Origin: Phoronis australis
Taxonomy: Eukaryota > Animalia > Phoronida
DNA: 64,000 nucleotides
Assembly (NCBI GenBank): GCA_002633005.1
Contig: NMRA01000449.1
Location: forward strand, 124,001 to 188,000
Direction of reading: 5' to 3'
Shown: one piece after another, positions 24,301-36,267 of the stretch
Layout of the letters: every line of letters begins with the position of its first letter
Position numbering within the stretch: the stretch's first letter is position 1
The notes under the pieces: generated by a model
What the model saw: the letters and a program-made list of their open reading frames with translations, nothing else
The model's database searches: none
Told to the model about the DNA's origin: nothing
Translations under genes and position numbers: made by a program

Positions 24301-26852
24301 AGATTAGTTCTCCGTGGCATTTTATCTTTGAAACTTTGGTCTCAACAGATCTTTAATAGGCCACTCTTACTGTAAAAGGTATCTTCACTGGGACCATTTC
24401 TCATTGTATGAAAGGACCAAGTGACTGTATTCAGTACTGCGTTACAAACCTTAGCAACCATTCCGTTCTCGGAATCTTATCTGTGACGTACATGCAATCG
24501 TTTTCATTGGGCCTGGAATCGTTCGCCTGACGCGCTAACGCGTAACACAGGAAGACGCTAACAACTGACAGGCTTCCGCGAGATGCGTGTAATCGTACGT
24601 CATTGGTTGCACTTCGTCAACTTCGCCGGTTCTGCCGGGTCAACCAGTTAAGCTGGCATCTGATTGGCATGTAAGCCGGGAGTCGTCATCGAGATGTCTT
24701 AGCCGACTGACCCGGCGGAAGGCGAAATCTGTCAAGTGCAGCCACTGCTGCTACCCAGTCTTTTAACGTTTACGCAACTGGGACAAAAGTTATCCAGTGG
24801 AAGTTTTAAAGTTAACACAACAGAACACTGAAGGGTTCTGGTCAACTACATGGTCTTCTTGTTGTGCTATCGTTTCCGCTTCAGATGGTAGTCGTTACAG
24901 CTGGCTGAAAATATAGTGGTGTGAACAAGAAAACCTGCCTGTAGAGGTGTTAGAAAATATGATACATTTTACCGTGGCCAGTCCAAGTATCACTCTCAAG
25001 GTCAGCAGTAAATACGGTCCAACAGTGTCTGGTTCATAACTGGCAGCCAGTGGTGTAAATACGGTACACAGGAGCGACAATGTCATGCCGACCATCATGA
25101 CAATTTTCCCGCCAAATCTTTCGGCAAGCCAACCAGACGGAACTTGAGTAACTATGTAGCCGTAGAAGAATGACGACAAAATGTAACCCTGTAGAGATTT
25201 GTCCCACTGAAATGTTCCGGGCTGGAATTAAAAACAAGATCATTCTGATTACAGAATAAGCTAATGGTTGGGGTCATCAAAGCTTGTGAGATTATACACT
25301 CGTTTTGTCGTGGAGACTTGCGTGGTGATCCAATCACCAGACTCGCTAAATGATAAACCCTGTAGTCCGCACATCTATGTTGCTACGCAGAGAGTGTTCT
25401 TAAGCGCCATTTACACAACAGTTCATTCACACGAAGCACCAACACGGGGTGAGTTGATACGTGACAGGCAACTATGTGCAAACACAAGTTGACACAAATG
25501 AGTTGTCCCCAAGATGTAAATTTTGTCACCAGCATTTGAGTAGAGCAACCTGCGTCCGATCATCGCCTCCCGTGTCAACTATACGTCTAAACGCGGAGCT
25601 GAAGCAAGGCAGATGCAATCATCTTACCTGCGCTTGCGCAATAGCGTACACAGGGGTGAACATTTTCGAGTCACATCTTAATACGCCTTTGTTTTTTACG
25701 TGTTTATTTCAACCGCTGACGATAACACGTTTTTCCTGACACTAAATATGTAAACACAGGAGTTAGAAGCGAGCAGTGGTTCCACGAGGATGAGCTTACT
25801 GCGCACACACCTATTGTGACAATTTTTTGGCCTGGAGATTTGTGGCAAAAGTCATCAACCGAAGACATGACATTGAACAGCACATTTCTCAGGTTTAAAC
25901 CCTAATGTTTAACTATTGCACTATTTAATGTGCCACTTGCTTGTACAATTAATTTCATTGCTTCTACTCCAGTTTGTTGTTTTTGTACATCAAATGATGC
26001 ACTTGAGGTACGGTTACAAAACAGCGATTTCTTGGTAAAGTTGGTGAACAAACCGAACAATTTCACTGGAAATTCTTTATACGCTACGATCCGTGGCCCT
26101 GGTTGGATGCTGAGGAAAGTACATAAAGGGTTTCATTGTTACACTCCATTATCTTTCGCATTTTGTTAACGCTCTTGGTTTTTATATTCAAAAATATTTC
26201 TAAGCCTGTCAGTTACGTGAAATGATAATTATTGATGAAAGAATTATTCATCTTTTTTTCTTCTGGCATAATTATGCACTATGATATGACTCTTATGCAA
26301 TTTGGTTGAAAAACGGTGGAATTGCGAAAAGTTTTATTGACAGCAAAAAGGCTTTTCAAATTGTCCTAGTGTTAAACTTATTTCGTATCTACAAACCGAG
26401 CATTCCTTCCTAAGCCCTGCATTCCATAACAAGAACCAACTCCGGAACAAACGATCACAAACAAATCTTGCGCATGTGCAGGGCAACCTCAGTTGGCATA
26501 CCATGTCTGGAGATTGATGATTTTATCAAATAATTACAAGTACACGAATGGAATAGCGTCGCCACTATATGTAAAAACCACCTAGACGAAGATCAACAGC
26601 AAATTTTCCCGGAGACTTGAGTTTTACGAATTCTCACCTTAAATTCTTTATCGGACACGTTTGCTTCTACACAGTTTTCGTGTATAGTTACGGAGTCGTT
26701 TCCACCATCATTTGACGAGTTCTGAGGCGCCACCATGCAGACCATAGCCACACTAAGATTTATTCTGACCATGTATACCACGGTGAAGCAATAGAGCCCT
26801 ATAACCGCCATGAGATAACGACATGACGTCCACGTAGGTATTGGGCCTGGAA
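12148..26852 (-). CDS. SLC17A5-like: SLC17 family (sialin-like) MFS organic anion/phosphate transporter, spliced gene. join(26638-26852, 24973-25221, 23289-23472, 20838-20968, 17882-18025, 16656-16788, 15389-15539, 12482-12572, 12148-12330); the 5' end lies further upstream
   Basis: Nine exons with canonical AG/GT boundaries and matching phases give one frame with SLC17 motifs: RINLSVAMVCMV, FQWDKSLQGYILSSFFYGYIVTQVPSGWLAERFGGK, FPAMHDLWGKWAPTFER, GWPSIFY, DSPAQHPRITEAE, PWKSIFT, NGLLSALPY, NHVDLAPRYAGVLFGITNT, EWQKVFYI, ASGEKQAWA. Confidence 0.96.
12482..12572 (-). CDS. SLC17A5-like: SLC17 transporter exon
   Basis: ttgaag|(R)YAGVLFGITNTAATIPGMVAPSAVSALTPN|gtgagt. Confidence 0.95.
15389..15539 (-). 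CDS. SLC17A5-like: SLC17 transporter exon
   Basis: cttcag|LIIPGIFMVSTSAMTCETRTTAVVLLTAGIAFTSLCRSGYMVNHVDLAP(R)|gtaagc. Confidence 0.95.
16656..16788 (-). CDS. SLC17A5-like: SLC17 transporter exon
   Basis: tttcag|NGLLSALPYICMFVASLFFGYVVDLVREKTSISTTVVRKVVQSL|gtatgg. Confidence 0.95.
17882..18025 (-). CDS. SLC17A5-like: SLC17 transporter exon
   Basis: tgatag|IIPWKSIFTCGPVYAMIVAHFCNNWGNYTLLTSLPTYMKEVLKFDIKS|gtaagt. Confidence 0.95.
18128..18241 (-). mobile_element. Truncated left end of the AT-flanked TIR element at 36268
   Basis: ~115 bp near-identical, as reverse complement, to 36268-36380. Ends in GTTGCAACTCCGCT-AT. Confidence 0.9.
18387..19062. mobile_element. Foldback (palindromic) MITE with 8-bp TSD, P- or hAT-superfamily-like
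   Basis: ~320-bp inverted arms CACAGGCGTCCTC...GAGGACGCCTGTG, with an exact flanking direct repeat GTTGTGTT (18379-18386 and 19063-19070). Confidence 0.9.
20142..20677 (+). mobile_element. Kolobok-like TTAA MITE, copy 1 (other copies at 43755 and 45430)
   Basis: Termini TTTA-GGTAATGTAGGGC and GTCTTGCATAACC-TTAA. The internal ATTAATTGGG..AAAAAGAAAGATACAT..AAAGTCCTATTTTT is shared with 43755-44253. Confidence 0.7.
20838..20968 (-). CDS. SLC17A5-like: SLC17 transporter exon
   Basis: ttttag|IFNFLLIIVWWIFIYDSPAQHPRITEAERKFIEESIGDRTENK|gtattt. Confidence 0.95.
23040..23195 (-). mobile_element. tRNA-derived SINE relic
   Basis: Degenerate A and B boxes (GTGATCGAGTAGTT; GTGGGTTCATTTCC) followed by GTGTCCTTGAAAAAGGCAC, which resembles a conserved SINE body motif. 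Confidence 0.55.
23289..23472 (-). CDS. SLC17A5-like: SLC17 transporter exon
   Basis: atgcag|AVSFPAMHDLWGKWAPTFERTKLMAFCYAGTMVGNVVTLSGSGILCVNGFAGGWPSIFYVS|gtttgc. Confidence 0.95.
24601..24748. mobile_element. Small palindromic MITE
   Basis: Inverted arms CATTGGTTGCACTT..TTCGCC..GCCGGGTCA and TGACCCGGC..GGCGAA..AAGTGCAGCCACTG. No clear TSD. Confidence 0.6.
24973..25221 (-). CDS. SLC17A5-like: SLC17 transporter exon
   Basis: ttccag|PGTFQWDKSLQGYILSSFFYGYIVTQVPSGWLAERFGGK...LRVILGLAT|gtaaaa. Confidence 0.95.
26638..26852 (-). CDS. SLC17A5-like: SLC17 transporter exon (TM1 and luminal loop)
   Basis: tttcag|PGPIPTWTSCRYLMAVIGLYCFTVVYMVRINLSVAMVCMVAPQNSS...KEFK|gtgaga. An alternative in-frame acceptor lies 6 nt downstream (exon start 26846). 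Confidence 0.93.
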
Positions 26853-28484
26853 CTGAAACACGATAGTTGTAACGTCAGGAGTTGTTATGTAAACCCTCTT
26901 AAACAGCAAATATTTTGTAAGTTTTTTGAATTTTTAAAAGGATACTGCTATTAATACAATCTTAGCCATCGAGAATTGAAAGTTTGCATGAAACATAAAG
27001 TAGTTACACCTAACTTCAATGGTCACGTTGAGGGATCCCGCATTTTGAGAACCAGCTTGATGCGAGTTATTCAATACAGATTCTCAATATTCGGGACCTT
27101 TGTGACAATTACCCACATCCGAATTGAATATTCCTTGCTTGAAGTTAAAATTCCATTAACAAAATTTCCACAAGATTTCTTTTGGCAAAAGGTAACGTTT
27201 TTGCATAATGAAGTAGGCGGAACAACGAAGGAAAAATTTCGTTGCCAATAATCGAACACTGAGTATCAGTCCCAAAATATGCGTAAATAATTGTTTGGTA
27301 AAGTTAAACGAGTACCATGAGTACAAATGGTACATATATTTGAATTTAAGCAAGCTTGGTGAACAAATGTGTTTACTTGACTTTCTGATGCAATACAACG
27401 AGAATTCTAAGTTCTGCCGAATTTCTGAATTGATAGACGGTAGCGTGTGTTCAGTTATAAACAAGTTGTTGAATAAAAGGTACAGGGAAAGGACGAAACA
27501 TCCAAAAATAAGAATTTAAGACATAGACATAGACATAAACCATTCAAAGGACACTTTAATAACAATTTTCTTTGGCAAATGCATTATTTCGAATAAAGTC
27601 GTGCGTATGCGGCCATCGCACGGTAAATTCATAAAACAAGCGTAATTTTACTAAAATTGTATTGTCTGACTTACAGAAATGTTAATAAAATGACACATAT
27701 GCCCTTATGTGTTGGGGGCATTCTTATTTGTCTTATATTTTCTGTTGAAATTTAGTTACCTGTGCATGTAATTACTTAAAAATCCATGTCATCCTAATAC
27801 ATGAAAGTAAGCAAATAGCAAAACAACCATTCACGCCCAGGCAAAGTTACACTACGAGAGAGCAGCCACAAGCTGTCCTCCAACAAGTGGCAGAGGTTAC
27901 CTTTTGGGTGAATGAACTTACCCTAAACCAGTTTGAGCACAGAGTACTCCTGTTAAGCAGAGTGGACAACCGTCTCTGGATAGTTCATTAGATATAGGCT
28001 TAGGCCATAACTCCAATGTAGAAGAAACGATGCACTTTTGACATTTGCATACATTTTGTTATAAGCAGTCCAGTGCTTTGCTTTTTGATAAACCCTTATC
28101 GGTGATACAACAAAATAAAATTGTTTCACAACAGCACACGAGAAACGCAGTGCTGTTTATAACCATGCCACTGCTCACAGGAAAAAAATGTAACGACTGT
28201 TAATTATGATCACACATTCATATGTAACGGTCAAAGATATCACCGTTTCTTTTGCATATCGTTTATGCCAAGTTGGCTGGCACTGACACGGATTCCTAGA
28301 GAACAAGTCTTGGCTACTGGAGGGAATTTTGAGTAGTCATGTAAGGAAGTAGACTGAAAGATGAGTTATGCAACGTCTAAAACTAAATGTATAAAGCTTT
28401 GAAATTGTTGCTGGTAATCATGCTAAACCAGTATACAGAATGCAGCCATCTATCACTCTATAGTAATATTGCTGGATTAATTAC

Positions 28485-28529
28485 CTGTATCTTTGTCTTG
28501 CTCGCTCTTGTGGACACGACCGTATCTGA
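28485..28529 (-). CDS. Candidate 45-nt SLC17 N-terminal micro-exon
   Basis: ttttag|TC AGA TAC...GAT ACA G|gtaatt, phase 1-1, open (RYGRVHKSEQDKDT) and frame-compatible with the 26852 exon. Confidence 0.35.
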
Positions 28530-30951
28530 CTAAAATTTTTGTAAGACTTTCAATAAAATCACATGAACTTTATCATGTACTAATGGTGTGTGCCCAGAGC
28601 ACGTGACATGCTTCAAGTTTCGGAAAATACGTCTGCATGGTTTTTAAGTTCGATATTTTCTAATGTCTTTTAGTTCTGATAAAAAAGACGAGGACCATAT
28701 GTGGTTGAAAATTTTACATACATGTTGGTATTTTTATTAGTAGATTCGTACAAAATACCGTCATGCGGAAATTGACGAATGTCGTATGGAAGGAACTAAT
28801 TGGCTCAGACGATAGAGTTTGAGGCAAGTCGAGTTACTGATAGAACACGGTGATTTCGTTAGTAACCTAATATGTTATGTTGAGAGTACGTGCTTTGCTC
28901 TTATTCATACCAGTGCAATACAGCAGTGGATATACACCGCACGCGTTTATTCGTGAATCACGCTTAGATTAGTACTGTGATGGATTCATTGCAGCTTGAA
29001 GTGTTAATTTGAGAACACGTGCAATATGCTTCTTCATAAAAGTGCCTTCCAGCCGTTGCTTCACAATGCAACCACATTTCCGGAAGTGGCAAAAGAAGAA
29101 CAGAATCTAGATTATAATCTACCGCGAGTATAAAAGCAAAAACGGCAACAGTGAGAAGAACTTCCGGATTCACAAGTGCATTGTTCAGTACAGAGACGAT
29201 TGCAAGGCAGTCACTAATTTCAGTATGATCAAGTGCAGCGCACGAGCACTCAAAACGTTGCCAGGTTGCTATAATATCCATCATTGTACATGTACTTGTT
29301 TCAGCGACACTTCCGCTCTACGCGTGCATGGCACAACGACGATTGCAACGCCTCTAATGAACGAGCGCAAGGCACACGTTCTCAAAGGAACACGTTGGCG
29401 TTCCATACCTAGCAACCGTCAGCTTGGTGTGCAGATATAAAATAACCAATTACAACTTCTAGGACTAGGACATAAGTTCACCCTTGTTGTGTCCAGTTGA
29501 AGCGTGAGTTGCTGGCCCGCTGGAACTCATTCAGTCATATGTGAGCCCATGGTCTACATTCTTTTCTTGGAAAGCAGCTTGGAATTATATCCGACATTTT
29601 TTGTTCTACTTAAATAGGAACTCAACATTTTAATAGCTATAGTGTTTATTACTCTGTACTTGAGTACATTATGGTTTGATGACTGTCTTACCCCAGTTTG
29701 CCTGTGATAACCCCAGTTTTAAAGTTATCAAAGAACCTAAAATTGTGTAAATTTTGCCAAATTCAGGGCCTCGTACATTCATCTCACAAATGGCTGATCA
29801 TATTCGTATGAAACTTTCATATTCTACACTTTATGCATCGTTGTCCGATAAGCTTTTAGGAATTGGTTGAAAGGCTACACTTATCAATGACGGACTACTA
29901 AAAATAGGAATTGACTGTAATTGTGTGATCTGTACCGTACCTATTATGTTGAATAAAAAATAGGAATTTCATGATGTTCATGAAAAACCTCAAACCAATA
30001 CGAAATGATACTTAAGAAAAATGTACCAATGTTTTGAGATTTCATCTTGCACATTTAGATCACATCAAGTTTGTTCGTGAAGCTTATTTTGCTATCGAGA
30101 TACATTTTTGTTAAGATTTACCAAATGCATGACCTCGTGACCGCATTTACAGGAAGAAGTGTAAAAAGTCAAACATATAATTCTACAGTTTTCTGCTTTC
30201 AGATAATACATACTTTTAGTGAGTTAAAGTGTGCAATTTTGCAGATATTAGGCTAAACACACAGGCATGTCGGCAAGGTCCTACACAACCTTAGAAGTTT
30301 TTGTATGAACTGAGGGGGGCTTTAGCCTACCACATTTTTCATTGCTGCGTCCCCCATGATAATGTCTCATTCTGAAGTGACGAATAAGCCCGATGAGGGT
30401 TGAGTACAGATTGTTATTACAGTTCAACTGTTGCTGGAATTAATGAACAATGTTCTTGCCATTACAAAAACCGAAGACTACATTACTCTACTAGACCATG
30501 GTATAAGAGATTAAACTTGTGTTGTTTTCGAACTTAAGTGGAACAGAAGATGTCAAAAATGACTTTGAAGTCGAGTTCGGAGATTAAACCCTGTGCTTTC
30601 AAATCCTATTTGTTGATTTTGACCTTGATCAAGACAAATAATCGGTATCAAGCCCACACGATAAGACAAGGCGCAACAACACGTATTTCAATATTGCTTG
30701 ACAACTTGCGCTTTTGTCGTTGAACTCTTGAACCAGCACACACAGAACGATTGCTTACGATCAACATTGGTGGCAAGGAAAATTCGTATCGTTTGCGCTG
30801 GCCTTTCGTAAAACCGTGAAGAACATGATATGTGGTAGGTGAAGTTGATTGGTCTAGTTTCGTCGTGTTGTCCAGCCCAGCAACACGAGCACGTTTGCGG
30901 CCATTTGCAAATGTAGTAAAATCTTAATCTCGATAAAGCAATAGCCCCTTA

Positions 30952-31072
30952 CAGTGGTCCCGGATGCTGAGAACCAGTTTGGTGCCCGTTATTCGGTGGA
31001 GAAAACTGGATCCCGGATTTTCGCAACCAATTATTAAGAGCAGAAAAGTGGTTCTCAAATGCGGAACACATG
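30952..31072. mobile_element. Tc1/mariner-like MITE with TA flanks
   Basis: TA-CAGTGGTCCCGGATGCTGAGAACCA ... TGGTTCTCAAATGCGGAACACATG-TA. Confidence 0.65.
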
Positions 31073-32399
31073 TAAGTGGCTTACCTCAATAATTTATTGT
31101 TATCAGTGTTTTTCCATGTTTGTATTTTCTAGCTAAGTCGATGTACAGAGCGAATTGCAGCATCATCAGACCTTTACGCCAAAATTGAACTTAGATCATT
31201 TAAACATGTTATGGCAGAACATTTATGATATCATTAATCATAAAAAACATGCTTTGCTATTTTCTGGTGGTGGCTGATCGTCGAGGTGTTGCGAGAAGAA
31301 TAGATTTAACAATGTCATAGGAGCGGTGCATAGCTCTAAACAATTGAAAGACTTTTGTAGGTTTTGTGTCATTATCTGCATCTGTATTTGCGTTTGCTAG
31401 TGAAGTATAAACCTGTAAAAAATTATACCCGGAAATATTACGTCAAAAGAGTTACCATCACTTTAAAAGCAGTCTTCAGCAATATTGAAAATGCTTTCTG
31501 GTTGATTAATTTTAAATACTGTAGTTACTTTTTATTATTCGATGTACAATACAAGCTCAAAAGTATCAAACACTCTCTCATGCAAAAATGGGATACACCA
31601 AGGGGTTTGCGTTGCTTTCATTGTCATAACTGAAAACATTTTGAAAACTACAGAGTTAGATAAGTTGTCGCACATTTCTTGTGAAATGTGTGTTGTCCCC
31701 GAGATGTACTAACCTTTCTTCTCTGTTTGTTGCATGGTTTCATCGGATGTGTAGTTGAAGCACAAGTCAAGGTGACTTCACGCCAGACCCTGTATTTATC
31801 CAATGTCAAGTGTGTCGGTGTAATCTTTATATTATTGCAGGTCGAGATAAGAGAGCGACATGTTGAGATGTAAGTTTCATACTAGGCGGCGTTTCACACA
31901 GCACACATTAACCGGTAGTTGGTCGGGTCCCTAGCTCTGTCTGGAGGACCCACTGGCAACGTGACCAAGGTTATCTTGAATACTTGAATTTGCCGAGATA
32001 AAGTTACATAAATTGTCATATCGGAGCATGAATGTTGGCCTAACCGAAAGCCTAACTACAATAGAGGTTCAACAGCTTCATATACATGTACGAGCTTGAC
32101 ATCACCACCAGGTGGTGTTTGTGGAGCTCAAGATCTGAAGCTTCGCAAGATATGTTACAAGCTTATACCCCAATATGACTTCCACTGAAGTGATTTGGAT
32201 GCATGGCATGTAAATCCCCTTAATTCTTTTTATTTCATTTTAATGATTTAATGAAGCCAATTCATCGCACCGTTTGAATCGTCAGTGGATAAGCGCTCCT
32301 GATGCGCCCCAATCGACATCAATCTTCACGGCCCGGTGAAGACCTTAGAAAAATATCAAGCGCAACATACAAGAAAGTCCAAAAACCTTCCCGCCCTTC

Positions 32400-34645
32400 A
32401 GGCCGTGCGTCATAGCTCTTGCCTTTCCATCCTGTGACCATGTCATGAGGGCAATTTCATTTAGCCTGCGTGGCCAGATATGTCGTCAAACGCTTGATAT
32501 TTGAAAAGTTGCCGCATTTTAAAGCGTTACTACAATGGATTTGTGCACTTTTTGAGGTTTTGTATCGTTTTTAAAAATTCGTAACCTAAAATCTAACTAA
32601 ACAAGCATTCATTTCGGAATAGATTGGGAAATTTTGAATTTTAAAGAAAATTAATTATTTTTCTCGCACGTTTTGTCATCAGTGGAAGACGTTGATCAGT
32701 TGGCGGATAATTGTGATATTGTATGTTACTAGATATGGCTTGACGGGTTTATAAAGGCTGGTACGTAGATGGGGATGAAGACGACACTCAGGCCAAAGGT
32801 GAAACAAGTAATGAGTGAGACATCGCCATATCGGTAGACTGCGTGTTTGAGGTCTCACGAGCTCAACCCTACTGCACCGGCGTTTTTGACGAGTGAAGCC
32901 GAGTCGGAGTTTACCGGTAATCAGCCTGTATACAGTCCAGATTTCTGAGCTGACATTTCTGAGTGATAATTATAGCCTTTTGTCGAATGCGATTTTATTT
33001 TCTAACCACTTAGGTGTCGTGAAATGTGAAAATGTATTTATCCCATACGCGTTGAATCTGTCGAGGGAAATACGGCCATGTAATAACGTTTTTCGTATTC
33101 ACCTCCCGCACTACTTCAACAGTGACCTCTGACATGGAAAGTTCAAAAGGTAGGCCAATGTCGATTCGATCACCAAATTTTCTGAAAATAGTTTAAAGTA
33201 ATACAATTATATCAGTGTAAATAACGCTCAACACACAATCAGGTTTCAATCGTAACATCTGGAACAGGACTGTTAATTATATGACAGTTCTGTCTCAGTT
33301 TTCATTTGCTAAATATTTTATCGTTTGCAACTCAGGTGCCGATTGCTCGGTAACTACAATAGCAAATATCGTTGTTATTTAACAATTTTCAGGAGATGTT
33401 ACAAGTTCAGTGAAACGTTACCCTTGTTTTCATCTTTGGTATCTCTTTTCAAGTAATAAATCGTCACATTTAAAACTGTTTCTTTTACTATACAAAACTT
33501 GCAGCCTAACGCGCAAGTACATACATATAGGATGTGATCCGTCAGGTGAACAGTCTGAGTGAAGTATTTAAAAATCTGCGGAAAAAAATGAAAGAAACTT
33601 AGGAATTCGAAGCGTATGGGATAAATACAAAACGTACCTCGATTGGCGTACATGAACTAATATCCCACGAGACATTATTCTCGGTCGGTACGCGGAATAA
33701 TGTGTATGTATCCAACTGTAAATCTATAACTGAAATTTTTACTTTGACTGTCAAAGCCCCATCGCTAATAACGGCCATGTTGATTTTACTTTTTCGAAAG
33801 CCGTGTGCGTTTGTCAGGAATGAGCTGCAGTTTATTCTGGTAAATGATACTCGTTTCTGTCTTATATGTTAAAAATTATGAAAGCTCTATACCGTTGTGA
33901 TTTGTCGATTATTTCGGTCCAATATCTATGTGCCATCTTGGACTATTTGCCCGACATCTACATTCCATTTTCTACAATTGGGCCTTTGACGTAGCTAGCA
34001 TTCCCACAAAATCTTTAACACGAACAGACTGATGAGAGCTCTCTTACTGCAAAACATATTCATCATCTCAGTCACAATTTGATGCCGAGTCTGATACTTT
34101 AAACCTGCTTGAAACCACGTGCCCAGCAATGGAAAAACACAATACACTATTTTTCTCCATCAAATGCGTTTGCGCGTTAAAGAAACCTTGATCAAATCGC
34201 GGCTTCTGCGACGGATCGAAGCACGATTCTTCAAAAGAGGCTGAGCACAGCGCGGTCCCTGGACTAATCGCTTCCTCCATGGTGTACTGTCACACTTGGG
34301 GTCTTTTAGAAACACAAAAACTGAAATACTGTCCGTCCGATTGCTATTATTGGATCATCCGCACACCTTTTCATAATATTCATCTCGGGCAATGCTCATC
34401 TCTTTTGGAGACTACTCCGGCTCACGGCTGATATAGAGACCGGTCTTCCACTGATGACGTCACACATAATTTTTAATTTTTAAATTTTTGCCTTTATTTC
34501 TTGATTACAGGTTCATAAATTTAAGAAGAAATATTTGAAATATTACGCCAAAATTGTTGGTAACCGAATTTAAGCATTTATGACCATGGTGTGAAGGGTT
34601 TAGGTTTCACACGTTTTGTAAAAACGAAGTCCATGCTCTCCTAAT
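32400..34645. mobile_element. Putative ~2.2-kb non-autonomous DNA transposon (boundaries approximate)
   Basis: Perfect 16-bp subterminal inverted repeat GTCATCAGTGGAAGAC (~32675) and GTCTTCCACTGATGAC (~34444), with weaker inverted matches inside. The outer termini are degenerate. Confidence 0.4.
33399..33778 (-). CDS. Cryptic two-exon 105-aa ORF, join(33638-33778, 33399-33575)
   Basis: Start context aaaatcaacATGGCC, 47 open codons, donor GAG|gtacgt, 62-nt intron with a strong pyrimidine tract (ttttttccgcag|), then an in-frame 58-codon second exon. Confidence 0.35.
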
Positions 34646-35246
34646 ATAATATTGTATAGCAAGAGGTGGCACTTCAAGCTGCCTCTGCAGCCTATCACTA
34701 GCTTAGAAACTTAGAAGGTACACTAAGTCATGCTCATTACCTGAATTACAAAAATGAAGCTTATACACTGCACTCGGTAAAATTTTCAGCCTTCTAATCT
34801 CTTGGGCCATGGGCTTAAAGAACTTTAAACAGTTTTCTTTAATAGTTTCACTTGGCGATTTCGTTTTGAAGTTGTCCACCTCATTCTTTTCAAACGTAAA
34901 AACTTCCCGGGCTCAAAATTGCACATTTTTGTGTAATTTGCCAATGAATTTGATGAAAAATGAGAACTGTTGACAAGCGTTCGTCACCAATCCGTCATTA
35001 GTGACAAAAATACCGCCTTGGGCATTTTGAAGACATGTTTAACACTGGTGGTCAAATTAAACAACTTAAACGAACAAAATAGGTCAAGATAGCAGTTGGA
35101 ACTGATTGGCTATATAGGAACAATTATGATATTTTGTTAACAGAAAGTACCACAAAGTAGGAATTGTGAGGAAATTGGAAAAGGTAGTGCAAAAGCATCC
35201 CTCAATTTTGGATTACTTTTCGTCGACTTTTAACAGATATACTCAC

Positions 35247-35268
35247 CCCATATTACCTTCAGGGCCAT
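35247..35268 (-). CDS. Candidate first coding exon of the SLC17 gene
   Basis: ATG GCC CTG AAG GTA ATA TGG G|gtgagt: consensus donor and phase 1, as required by the downstream exons. Too short to be certain. Confidence 0.25.
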
Positions 35269-36267
35269 AGAAAGGCAGCAATTCAACACACAAATTCAGC
35301 TTCGTGAAACTGGTCTCCTACGACCCTTCTCCACATTGAAATGATTAAAGCCCCTTTTGTACATAGCACTTATTCACCCATACGCACAAACACATACGCA
35401 AGTAATCACAATGTAAATTTAAATCACGTTCGTATGGGGGAAGCAAGCAATGTTTGCGCCCAGTTCTCTATATATCTCGCAGCGAAGCGGACACAAGCAA
35501 CGTTTGCTTGAAAAGAGAATATTCTTGTTGAACTATTGCCTTGAATTTTAGCAGATTTGAAGCTCGGGTATCTATTCCTACGGGATTGATTTTGGAACAA
35601 TCTGGAGAATTGCAAGTATGGATAAATTTAAGAAAAGATCAAAGGACTGATGGCAAAACACATTTCAAAAACAAAAGGTGGCTTGAAAATCGTCAAATGG
35701 CAGATTCCCTTCTATAGAGTTACTCATTTTTACCAAGTATTCAGCAAACGTAATACAAACGGATGCGACAACCCACAACAGATTTGAGTCGTAATGAGTG
35801 CGGAGTTACGAAAGCAAGTGTTTTCCTGTTCTCAGTACATATGTGAATTCAGCAGTCACAGTCGATTACTTGATAGGTCATGCTGTGCAAAATTGCCACA
35901 AGTTTCCAAAAATTTGGGATTCCCCAGTTGCGTCGGTTTAGTAGTATTATCGATGGAAGTCGCGTATCAATTATCCCGTCCGCAATATTGTTCGCCATTT
36001 TTGTTAACTCATGGACACAGTTCCAGTGGTCGATATTTTTTTGACGTGTGATTAATCATACTGATTATATCTTTAGTGATGTAAATACAAGATGGCGTGG
36101 CCAGTTTGCGTTCATGAAGTGTTGGTTTTTGGAAATTTGGTGTTTAAAGCGAACAACGAACTTTTGCAAAGTGAACCGAAAAGCTGAATTATCTACGTCA
36201 GTGAAGTTACAAGTATGCCTATTGCACCTCTTAATTAAATATAAGGTCTCTTCTGAAGAATCCCTAT

